From NCBI GenBank assembly GCA_051362555.1, contig CM120640.1:8370001-8434000 (forward strand): 64,000 nt of DNA. The letters run 5' to 3'. This document shows positions 26,326 to 38,707 of this stretch, one piece after another. Every line of letters starts with the position of its first letter. Within the stretch, counting starts at the first letter, position 1. The notes beneath the pieces are model-generated. The model saw nothing but the letters and a program-made list of their open reading frames with translations, made no database searches and had not been told where the DNA came from. A program made the translations under genes and the position numbers. The stretch is from Lingula anatina (lineage: Eukaryota; Animalia; Brachiopoda).

Positions 26326-29300
26326 TTGCTCAATAGAGCATGGGCTTGAGAGATATATAATATTTCAATAATACAATCATGAAATGAGGGAACTGGGAAT
26401 ATTTGGTGGGGGGTGGGGGGCATGGATGGAGAATCCCCCATACACTCATGCTATTGCCTATACATAGATCTAACAAATATTTTTAAAATAATCTTTTTTT
26501 ATGGTCTCCAGTGCTTAGATATGGACACTGAAATACTTTTTCAGCATAGTATGATAGTAACTGTCTGTGTTTTAACTCATGTCTGTAAACATTCCTTCAG
26601 TGCCTTAAATTACATAGCTAAGGATTTCTAACCAGAGTTCTATGTGGTTATTAACCACTCAAGTAGCCTACATGGTATATCACTGACAATGATAATTTCA
26701 AACCTTCAGGAATTTTCTTACATATAAACAATTAACAGGATACTTATTCTGGGTCTATCATCTATCTACAAAAAATAAATAAATAAATAAATAACAATAA
26801 TAATAAATAAATAAATAAAAATTGAAATAAAAATCTCCAAACTTGTGGACAAAAAGTTACCATAAACAAACTAACAAATGCACAAACACAAATGAGCAGA
26901 GTAAAAAAAAAATTTTAAGTAGTAAGTAGATAAATATAAAAATTAATAATCAACAGTACATACAATATTATTTTAATCTGTAATGTTAAAGTAATAAATT
27001 ACTTTCCAAACATTTTCTGGTATTTCAGCAAGTTTACCTTGTACATCTGACATAAACAGACAATTTCATTGCTGATTAATTTCCTGTCTAGTAATTGTTG
27101 ATTTCAAATGAAGTGTCATATCATGACCAGACATCTGCACCTTCCTCTAGATGTCAGCACTCACCACAGTTGTTTGACATTTTTACTTGAAGGTGTCATT
27201 GTAATTAACATTTAAGGAAATTGAACATTACGTTATAACTAATAACAGGGAAAGTTTTTTCTTTTTTTTAATATGAAATGCAGCTTTAGTGATAAGATTT
27301 CTTCTTAGTCAAGTGTACAATTTTCAATTTGGCTTTAAAAATCCTCAATATTTTAGTCCCTCACACCTAATATTTTTAACTTAGTAGTATTCAATAAGTC
27401 AAAATGTTTGGGAATTTTCAAATAAAATTCATCAAAATCAGAAATATGACTCAAGTCTGAGAAATCATGTCTTCAGTCTGCAGTCTTTTACTGTGATAAT
27501 TAAACCATACCAGATCTTGGCTGATCAAATGTAAGAAAGTACAGTAGCCCATGCCAGCTGTGATTGAAAAAAGGATTGGATTACAATGCAGCATACGTCA
27601 GCAACTAATGGTTCAACTTGATCTCTTGACCCTAGTTATTTGGTTTGCTCAACTCCTCTAACTTTTAGATTCCCATTTAATTGTTGTGAATGTTATTAAA
27701 CTTATTGTTTTGGTTTTATTTATTGAAGCTTTCTTTAAGAGCCTTAAGAATATATACATACATATATATACCGTGCATATGTGTATTCTTATGTGTCCAG
27801 ATTGTAACTTTTGTTTTTCACCAGTATACAACACCCACACAAATATCAATTTCAAGTGTCTGGTTTCTATTCATGAGATCTTTTAGGGAAATTACATTAT
27901 AAGCTTGAAAGTCAAAGAAATAGACAGGCATATGGGTGACAAATGTGAATAATTTGGAACATACAACATGACATTTGTACACATAAGAATGATATATTCA
28001 AATGGAAGCTCTGACATGTAGACTGGGACAAAAGGCTTTAATAAATTAACATTTGAAATTCACATAAATATCTTTCATCAGCTAGAACAAGAAAAAACAG
28101 ACTTGGGTAATGTATTGTAGCATAGGCTATGAAGAGAGAAATGTACATGTTTATTTAAGTTCCCAATGGAAAGTTTAACTAAAATATTTCACAGAAACAT
28201 TCTAATGACTCTAATTTCATAATAAAAGATTAGCTTAATACCTGAATAATGTTAATGCTGGAGGTGGTATCCCCTTCATATGTCTCCGGAACTTCTTCAA
28301 TGTAAAGCTAGCCAGATTGGGTGTTGGGTTCCAAATTTTTTATGAATCAAAATATAACAATCAGTCCTGGATACTAGAATCCCTTAGGCTACTGTTAAAA
28401 TGTGATCTCTTTTGGCACTTTGTTCCATGTCTTTAAGTGAATTCTCAGTAGAAAATGGACTTCCTATGAGTCCTTATATCACATGTGACTGCATCTACGT
28501 CAATGGCTGGCCCCGCTGACCTCAGCGTTTCCTCCATAGAACCACACTGTTCCCCTTTATCTGAGGAAAGTGTGTGACAACCTCCATTACTCTCACACTG
28601 CTTAGATACCACAGGTAGGATACTGAGACATCTGTACGTCAAAAAACCATAGGAAAGAAGATTATAATAAACAAATCTCTACCCCGGGAAATGTTTCAAG
28701 TTGTTTGTGGAGATGGAAAATTGTAAGCAGATTTTTTAACTGAGTGTTCCAGCAAGTATTGGACTTTATCTACCACATGTTCCCAGCTGGTGTGTGGTGG
28801 ACCTCAAATTTAACTTATACCACTTAAATAGCATAGACAGGATCCCTTTCAGTGTAGAATTAAAGGAGACAAAAACTTGTTATGCTGTTTTTCATTTAAA
28901 TCCAAGACACATTTTAAAGCAATTTAATCAAAATTCATTATAGGTGTGGAATTTTAATGTTTCTGATAGACATACGCATATCACCTCAAATGTAGAAGAT
29001 AAGATGTTATTTACAATTGTTTTAAGGATGAGTCCCCCTTTCTGATCCCAAAGAGAAATTAAGGGGTTGGCCAAGTAGAAGGCATCCTAAAACTACTCCA
29101 TCAACAACAACCCATCCCAGATACCATAGTTTGATCATTTACCTACAAGAATTCAATGTACCAGAATTTTCAACACAGATTTTTAGTAAACGTACTTAAA
29201 ACTTAAAAGGACTATTATTTACAGCAAAAATCAGAACAGTTAGACAGTTATTTACAAATATGTTTCTTTGGGTATCATAAACAACCTTGGGATCCTTCAT

Positions 29301-30090
29301 CCCATGTGTGACCTATACATAAATATTGATGAACAGCAAGATCAGTATTTCCCACTGGGCTACATGATGTGCAAATATAATGCAAGCACAAGGAAAATGT
29401 GGCTCGATTTTTCTGTGAGCTTTGATTTCCCCAAACAAATGCTACTGACCACACCACACCTCCCATAAAATAAAGTACCATTACCCTCAGATGTATATAT
29501 CTGCAGGAACTTCACTCTTTTATTTTCCACAGTCGGTACCATTGGTCTGCACAAGAAGTGTACTTCTGTTTATTAATGAGAGACTGCATTAATGCTAAGA
29601 CTGTTTTATGAAAGTAATTAATCAGACAACTTGATGAAATAGACTCTATTGCACATTGCGGAATTAGTCTAAATGATGATGCATTGTAGTCACACATCTA
29701 GTCAAAAACAGTCCTGAACTAAACTCATTGCAAAAACTGACTTTGTTTCTATACTTTAACTTCAAAACAATGTAAGTAATGTAAAGAAGAGCTGTATAAT
29801 TGCCCATATCAATTTTAATATCTTTGTAAGTATATCATTACTGTATGCACTACAGCAGCAGCCCATGTGACTATAATCATCTAAAAATGGAGATAAAATC
29901 TAGTCCCATTGGAGTCTGTTTCACAAAAAGTCAAGATTTTTGGCATAATCTTAGTCTACAAAGACTCACAAAGAATATAAAAGCTACTTATCTCATTTTT
30001 TGGTCTTCATACTAAATGATGAAGGTTTTTATTCTCAATGAGGACAATAGCTCATGTAGGCATGTCAAGTCATTCTTAAAATCTCATATA

Positions 30091-30425
30091 GGGCCCACCC
30101 CACTTGGGAAACCATGTCCCTTAACCCCTAATGGTCTTCCCGTCTACCACACATGTCAGCCCTGCAGGAGCCTGGCAATTAAAGCTGAGAATTAATCTAT
30201 TTATTTGATAGGCCCTTGCAGGCCGTGTGGTTGGTGGGGAGACCATTAGGGGATAAGTGGCCTTGCTTATAAGTGGGGTCAGCTGTATTTGATCCACAGA
30301 CCAGTTAGTCTGTAGATGATCTTTTCCAGCTATTTGTGGTCATAGAGAGCATTCACAAACAGTTGTCGACCAACTACAAAGCTTACCACATAATCCGTTA
30401 CAGACACTGAATAGATTCCCAGCAG
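30091..30425. mobile_element. Palindromic element related to MITE family B
   Basis: Long imperfect inverted repeat (cccctaatggtcttccc...cctgcagg / cttgcagg...gggagaccattagggg). Shares aagtggg(g)tcagc..tatttga and agacactgaatagattccc with 32050-32211. Confidence 0.65.
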
Positions 30426-30624
30426 GGATTATGCAGCAAGATTTTAGCCATATTAGTCTATGAAGCAAATAGTTGGAATGCTCTCTTAGACAAAAACAGT
30501 GAAGTTTATGTATTCCAATTTCAGCAAATTAAAAAAAAAAATAATGCAGCACACCCTGTCCTCAATGCAGAGTAAAACAAAAGCATACAAGCAGTAAGTC
30601 TTTTCAGAAACTGAATATCCAAAG

Positions 30625-30625
<1 letters not shown>

Positions 30626-30666
<41 letters not shown>
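30626..30666. repeat. (AAT)n microsatellite
   Basis: Direct reading. It produces the poly-Leu run in spurious ORF 30486-30710. Confidence 0.95.
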
Positions 30667-30667
<1 letters not shown>

Positions 30668-32049
30668 TGTGCAGCTTACTACAGCATATCAAGGAGAAAA
30701 AAAAAAGCATACTGTGGGATCTAATTTGCTCCCTTTGGTGATGTTGTCATAATTTACATATTCTCCCAATATTGTATGCAATGACTTAGGTAGCTAGTTG
30801 TAACTATACAAGGCATCAGGCTTTCAACTCTCCTCACTGTTTTTCTACATGTACCTAAGGTTTCACAGAAAAAAGTCATAGGAATTTTTTGAGCATCATA
30901 CATGGGAGCTAAGAGAAGACATCTAGTGAATCGATATTTCTCAAATAAGAATGTCACGTCTGCCATAACCTTCCCAAGAAGTAATAAAAAAGATGAAAAA
31001 TTCAGTACTTTAATATGAAAATTTGACAGGTTTTTGATGAGGAATCTTTGTGTCGAAGGATTCACATGTTTGAACAAACATCAAAATGCAACACTGACAG
31101 TGACAGATAATCTTATAAGATGAACCTGTATTTCAGTGTCAAAGAATTTTAATGTCACAAAATGATGATGGTTTCAATGATTAGGTTTTCCTATATCTAC
31201 TTTAGCACACATTCACAAATCTTTTAGGATTATTGCAAAGAACAATGTTCATTGACAAACTGACAATATGGGTATCAACTACAAAGCGATAAGGCACATA
31301 ATGAAACTTTTGTCTTAAAAGATCATTTATGAAAAAAACATAATATATAATTAAGGATAGTCTAAAATGAACAATAATTTTTGTGTGCTTTGTATTTAAT
31401 AATTTTTATTTGGTTTATTGTTTCTGAAGGAGGGGTGTACTAAGAGTTAGTGCAGAAATTAAAATATTTGGAACCAATCAATTAGAAAATAGAAATTGTA
31501 ATTACGAGAATCTTTGTGACATTCTTAAATTCATAACAAAATATCAACTTTAAGTTTATGTAAATTTTAATGTATACAAGTTTGATCCCTGAAAAAAAAA
31601 ATGATTGTATTAAAGGTCATGAGGTGCAAATTATTAATTTATTAGTAAATTAGGAATTTCTAACGGAAATGAAACACACAGTATTAACTACATACATTTC
31701 CTGGATTTAATGTTTAATAGTATACTCAAACGTCATGAGGTACAATAGTAACATGTATGTAATATTTATTATGACAAACCCATAATACCGCAGTCATTAT
31801 AGGACTACATTAATGTATTTCCATTTGAAACCTCCCAAACCTTATTCCTGTGAAATGTAAGGGGGGTGCACTAACTTATGTTCCTATACACTCAGTGCAC
31901 TATTTTATGATTAATGTTTCTGGTAAAAATAATGAAATTCAAATTGACCATTGCAGTTTTACAGGCAACTGGCTTATAAGTAATGGATGTTCCAGCAAAC
32001 TTTTCTGAATTGTAACTAGTCCTTCCTCTGTAATATATCACCTGACTGA

Positions 32050-32211
32050 GGCTGCATTCAGAACAGGGGACTAACTAGTCCGTGGGTCAAATAAAAAGCT
32101 TGCCATCTAATCTGCTAATAGACACTGAATAGATTCCCTTTGGGGAAGTATTCAAGTGGGTCAGCCATATTTGACCCTCCAACAAGTTAGTCCACTGTCC
32201 TGAATGCTGCC
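32050..32211. mobile_element. MITE family B
   Basis: TIRs ggctgcattcagaacaggggactaact ... agttagtccactgtcctgaatgctgcc, with TGA directly repeated on both sides. Confidence 0.75.
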
Positions 32212-32929
32212 TGAGAAACTGGTACCATCCTTTGTAAAGATGGTGGGATTCTATGAATGTGCACTTGTGGTGTCAATAAAAATGATAGTATGTAAAATGT
32301 AACACATATTGATTATATGCCATCAGGAATGGGAGAAAAAACTAGTGTATTCAGTGACATGATTTTTGAGCAGTTTTCAAAGAATCTTCACTTCTGTGTA
32401 CATGTATGTATGTATGTATGTGTTTGTGCATGTGTGTATATGTGTATGTGTGTTCATGTCCACAAAGAAAAAATATCTTATAATACATAATTATATACAT
32501 ATATAAATACAAACATAGAAAATAAACCTATTTATTTATTTTATTTATGGTTGCAATATTTCTTTGTCCAGGATGCATCTGGATGTAAACAATATTCAAT
32601 ACATTTTCACTAAAATATGATATGAGACCTGATTAAAATAACTTGCCTACGTAATAGATAAGGTACAATAGGGTTGTGGAGCTTTACCTAAATTACAGGA
32701 GATTATCAATGAGACGGATTCAAGACAATTACCAGTATCACCTCTATTTCATGTAAAGCTCAGGGATGAGGACACATTATCAAAGCTCTAAAATAATTTG
32801 CTATGACAATATTAATATCATTACTGAAAAAAAGAACTCAGAAAGTGCATACCTCTAGAAAATTAAGGAATTACTGACCATTCATTAATAAAGGGATCAT
32901 CAACAAAAGGTTATCACTTTTGAAGTAGC

Positions 32930-33047
32930 TTATTTCTGACTTATCCTAAAAATTTCATCAAAATTCAGCAACAACTTTTAGAGTTACACTGGAAATAAAC
33001 AAATAAACAAACAAATGGGTGTAGAAACTCCTTAGCAGAGGTTAATA
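32930..33047 (-). mobile_element. Helentron/DINE-like fragment
   Basis: aaatttcatcaaaat...aactttt.gagtta...aaacaaacaa...actccttagcagaggt resembles the same family end. Confidence 0.5.
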
Positions 33048-36000
33048 AAAGTTTATGGTTACAGTTACTGCCTGATTCTATGGTAAGCTTTCTAATTACC
33101 ACAACTTTAATATATCCAGTAATGGGGAAATATTTTGATTTAGCCATATTGTATAAGCTGAATACATCAATTAAGTACCTTCCACTGACTTACATGTCTT
33201 TAGTTGGTTATTCTTGCACCTCTTTACTTGATTGAGTTCAGTTAATTACATGTCAAGAGGAGAGTGTTTCATATATAGTATCTATAAAATCTCTTTTCAA
33301 TTACTGTTACTAATCTTTCAGCAGATATCATGCACTTTTAAAGAGTGAGAAGTGACACTCACATATCCATATTTTAAAAAAGATTTTTGTTATATCTAAA
33401 TAATGGTTTGAAATAAGTAACCATATATATCACATGCAAGTTGTATTGTGGAGGCACAATAAAAGTTATACAGGTGATCTAAATTGGTGCTGCTTTGTAA
33501 AAACTTCCCATCAAAAATCTCAGCTACTGCACCATTTTTTTTCAAAGAACTTTAAACCAGATAATATCCTGATTTTAGTGAATGGAAACTTGGAATGGAC
33601 TTTTAAATGTCTCAATGCCTTTTGAGTACTTGTAAAAAAAGCTGTGATATAGAGAAATGGGGAATGTTTTTTTTTTTTCTTTTCTTTTTTTTTGTTTTTT
33701 TTTTTGGGGGGGGGGCTCCAAATGAGACTGAGCATATAACATTTTAATTAGCACCAGATTAAATTATAATTACCAAATGACAACCATCTGTGTGCATTGC
33801 CTATCAATTTATTTCAAAATAGCTTTACTTTTTAGTAACCAGTTATTTTAATTTTGTTCTACACTCAAGTAAAACCAGATAAGGATACGAACTGGAGTCT
33901 AGGTCACATAGGCAATTTTGTCTGAAAGATTTTAACTGAGATTAGGTGCAGATCTACAGTGGACTTTTTTCACCATAAAATAACAAAAATAATTAACATT
34001 TATAGTACACTCACAAGCAAAGAAAATGTAGGAATGTAAATAAACAAAAAAAAAAAAAAAAAATACATACCTTAATCACAATTTTGTTTAAAAATGTGGA
34101 ATTTCGATTTAAAAATCTTCGTACCAATTACTGCACTTTCAACAGAACTAATCTTAAGTCAAATTACATTAGTTGGTCATAGGGTGCCTAAGATCACAAA
34201 GTATGTGGTATACAGCAGTTTCTAATTGAGCGACCTTTAAGATGCAACTTCTTCACTATGAAAAATGCTATTACTGTTTTACTCTCTCCTTTTGCTATGT
34301 AAATGAACTAGTTTCTTTACAGATGTGTCTTATATGTTATCTTTTCATTTATGCCTTAATGTGGATGAAAAATAGACATGCAGAACAAAATTAAGAACCA
34401 ACGTCAGCTATCTGCTTGGCATTCAATTCCAGGGCAAGGCAAGCTTAGTCATCTACTTCCATAACAATTAAGCACAAACCTTTTTCTCAATTATTAGTAA
34501 TCTTTAGAAACAGAAGTACATGTAATAGCTATTAACAACTTTCATGAGGTTTTCAATAAAATCTTATTATCCTCAAAACGTAAGATTTTAAAGAATATCA
34601 CATACATGTATTTTTTATTCCATGCAAACGTCCTGATTATAGGTATGGAGACTGCAACCTAGATGCAATTTCCCTATTAACTCCACAGTCCTTGCTACCT
34701 ATGATATGGATGACAATGTCAGTGATAAAGCAGCTTGCCCTGTTGACCTTTCAATTAGTATATAAATCACCCCTACCTGTACTGTCTTTTTATATCTCCC
34801 CGTGCATGGAGTATCCCTAGTGGTTGTGAGCGTGAGCGTGAATGAGCCTGAATATGGCGTCTCTTTGCAGCAGAGGCACTCATGATACTAGTCAATGACA
34901 GAATGTATTAAGTAAGTATTCAGGAAACCCATACAGTTACACCCTTGGTCAGTAAACAGTCCCCAGACATGGGTCAAACGTGTGGTCACTTGAGCCTTTA
35001 AAAGATAAACTACAGGTACCAATGGCACTTCTACCTGGCTGAGGGTGGTAATCTATCCAGTAATCTGTCAGGTTAATCCTTTGTTGATCTAACATCACAT
35101 GGTGTCAACAGTCTGCTGCTGCCTCTCCACACTCAAGTCCCCATCTCCTGCATGCTGACTGACTGCAGTAATAATGATAATAATAATAAAATTCCTACAG
35201 TTCTCCAATCCAAAGTATGTTAATCTGGCCTGTTTAATGTAAAGGATGTGTTAGACAATCCATAAGGCACTGGCCTTCTCTTCCTTACCACAGTCTGCAA
35301 ATATTCATAGACTGACTGCTTTAAAGTTGGCAAGCCAATTCAAACAACTAAGCATTTCAATAACACCCAGCAATAAATGCACCAAAATGTGCACAATAAG
35401 TTCCTTTGTTGTCCACTGCACTGAAACTGAAAATAACAATGTACTCTAAATTCATGACTTGAGGTAATAAGCAGTTCACACACTCTAGTATTTTCTTTTT
35501 TTGCTATATCTAAAACAGTGACCTATGGGGAATGGATGGCTATAATGAATTCTGTTTATATTAAAGCTTGAATTATCTCCTTCCAACATTACTCTCAGAG
35601 CTATCATGTTGTTCTTCTGATGAAAAAAAAGTTCTGCAGTAATTAAATCTCCTATTAGCTGAATCAAAGTGGCAGACAATATGGGATCTCTGGCTACTAT
35701 AAGGTTTCCAACAAGCTCAAACTAGCAGGTGGACATCAATAAAACAGGGTACTTCACTTGCACATATATTTTCAAACAGCACTTCAAAAGGAAGCAAGCC
35801 ACATTTAATTGGGTAAAACTGTGCCACAACAATGAGATTCAGCTTTTGCAAATCCTGACACTGATCTCAAAATTAATCAAAGATTATATGCATATATACA
35901 CATAAGTGCTACAATGTATTTTGATTTTTCCCTAAAGTCTATATACTGTTACTGAGTGACAGGAGTGGAAAAGTACTTTGACTCGGTAACATCCTCTTAT

Positions 36001-36835
36001 TATCTATTCATAACACTCAGGAGTCAAGTCATTCTGAAGAAGCGATAAATGATCAATCAAATAGTATTACACTTTCAGATGCAGGTTAAATTGCCACCCT
36101 TCCAATCACTCAAGTATTCCTAGAAAACTTGAAACTCTCACAAGGGTCTTGACTGCCAGTAAATGTGAAGTAGTATATGAGTAGTACTAGTGTGTTTTCA
36201 AATGTATCAATGCACCCAATATTTCATATTGGAGTTTGACTTGATGGTGATTAATTAGTCAACAGGCTGTATAAATGAGCATTTAAAAAGTGTAAAACAT
36301 ATTTCCCTGGATTTTCATTACACAGCCTAGAACACCCATATTTAGAATTGTGTAAATATATAAATGGTCAATTTCGCTTGAGGGTGCTTGCAGAACATGC
36401 TTCAGCAATTGATTATATTCATGATGGGAATCCCAAAGTTTACAAAAGAGGGTAAAATAATCATGAAATGGTTTTTGAGTTAGAAATCAATGGGGCTTTA
36501 ATGGAAATGATGTCACATCTACTAATTGGCATGTAGTATAAGTGATACACTTATTTTGTGTGATGCCAAACAATACAGTTCATAAGAGGTAAATACAAAT
36601 GATGTGAAAAAATAGAATGTATTAGAAAACAAAGGAGATTGAAACAACAACATATGGAATAAAATACCAATGAAGAGTTATCGCTCCTACACACTAGCAG
36701 GAAAATGATTAACATGAGAATGTGCTGCCACCTATAGTCAAAACAATCAAAACTTCATAACTTCAGGCAGAAACCATAAGATCTCAAGAAATTTAATTAA
36801 AGCATCCCGTTTTTACCCTTTGAAGTTAAAAAAAA

Positions 36836-36859
36836 ACACACACACACACACACACACAC
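36836..36859. repeat. (CA)n microsatellite
   Basis: Direct reading. Confidence 0.9.
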
Positions 36860-38549
36860 TTGGGTAAAAGTACCTCATCTGTTCCTCTTCCTCTGAAAGA
36901 AATGATGATTGATGTTAGACAGTTCCCATGTCTAGTGCATTTTCTAGTAAACCTTTCCCCTCTATGTATCTAGTACACGTATGATAATTACATGGCACTT
37001 GGAATATGCCTATCATACAATATAAAAGGGGTTAAATCCTTATTTTTGTACAGTAAAAAAAGTCTATGTATCAAGTTCACATTCAATCCCCTACTTTCTT
37101 TACATCCATTACTTGTATAGGTATATACACAAATAAATGCAATATTTCCTGGAAATAAAGCCAAACTGTATGTGCCACAATGCAGTTTAGTGGGTCTATC
37201 AACTAGACATCTACATACACCTATCTACAACAGGTGCTTCAAACATATTCCACACACAGCCAAGCAGGTGATGGAGGAGTAAATAACTGTTCTCTGACGT
37301 AGTAACTGCCAGTAGTAGTTGCAGTCTGTTGTAGATAATACACTCATTTTCTACAATTTATCTCAGATATTTCCTTCTCATTATAGGTAATGGTTGTCAG
37401 TAGAGAATTACCTGCAGGTCCAGTACTTGAATTACAGCTAGGACCCAACATACATAGCGAATCCCAATAAATGTTTTATGCTACCATCCTTGCCTTTCTT
37501 TCAACACAATTTTTTGACAAACAAATGCAGTACTTACAGTGGAATTCTAACAATATTGCAGCAACATTGTATAATATTCTTCTTTAATATTTATTTGTAT
37601 TAAAATTTTTCCGCCAGGTTCTGCATTTAAAAAGGTGCCAACATCAATACACATCAATCAAGGTAAGTATCTTCGACATGGTGACAAGTTCTGCATTTAA
37701 TAAGAAAAAGTTATCCAAGCAAAAAAAGCATGCCTAGACTAAGTCTTTTTGCATTTTAGGCTAGTAAAACTTTTTTTGCTTTGCAGCAATGCAAACTTCT
37801 CCTTCTAAGACATATGCCTATCAATGCTTTCTAATAACCAAGAAGTTTGTTGCCTAGACAAAAATTATTTAAAAAAGAAGAAAAGGTATTATTCCATAGA
37901 CCTTACTAATTTTTTATATGTACTAGTATGGTTTCATGTCCTCAGTACTCTTCACTTCAGTGTATCCAGAAAAATAGACAAATAACTGCACACATCAAAT
38001 AAACAGCTAGGTTACTCATATCCTGCAGGATGTGTTCTAAGTGTCAATTACTTAAACTATTAACTTATTAAGGAGATACATGATAATGTTTCACTGTAAA
38101 CTTCAGCATGAGCAAGTGCTTATGATGAATGCTATATGCACTGAATGTTCCAAATGCAATAAAATTTTAACTGTAGTTAAAACCTGTACCAATTACCTCT
38201 TAACTGCTGGATTAAAAAGTAACTAGATATAATTACTTAATTTTTATTTAGATTTTGTCATCATAAACAAAAGTTTAACAAAATCAAAATAAAATCAAGC
38301 AACTGCATCTCATTACTTATCAAATAAGATTTCTTTTAAGAATATCTTTTTAATATTCATAGTTTATAGGAAGCATTGGCCATCTTTATTTCAATTTATG
38401 AATTATTACAAGTTCAAGAAAACAAAATGATCAACATTCCTCATCACCAATGTGAATGCTTTTAAGTTTTTCTTTACGTTGTGGTTCATATTATCCACAG
38501 ACATCTTATCAATACATATTCCACTTCTTTCTAATCTCTTTTTTTTTAC

Positions 38550-38707
38550 CTTGCTCGACGGTGGTACCATTTCTTCCGTTTTGACTGAGGAATATCAATG
38601 CCTATGGGACCAGTAGAAACTGACAACTGTGCCCAGCGATGCTCAGGATCAGACTTAGGGGGAACGCAGGCATCACTGCCTACCTCAGAGTCAGAACAGA
38701 ATGGCAT
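38550..38707 (-). CDS. PDE4: PDE4 alternative N-terminal exon (long isoform)
   Basis: MPFCSDSEVGSDACVPPKSDPEHRWAQLSVSTGPIGIDIPQSKRKKWYHRRA + AG|gtaaaa, phase 2. GC-rich against the flanks. A plausible acceptor (ctttatcttcccctgttggctatcccacag|) ends at 38777. Confidence 0.7.

Noticed and set aside
30758-31077. 107-aa ORF ending AT|gtaaat in phase 2
   Set aside because: Poor donor, AT-rich composition and no supporting motif.
31430-31900. ggggtgtactaa / ggggtgcactaacttatg motifs resembling Tc1/mariner ends
   Set aside because: Too degraded; no paired TIR or transposase remnant could be established.
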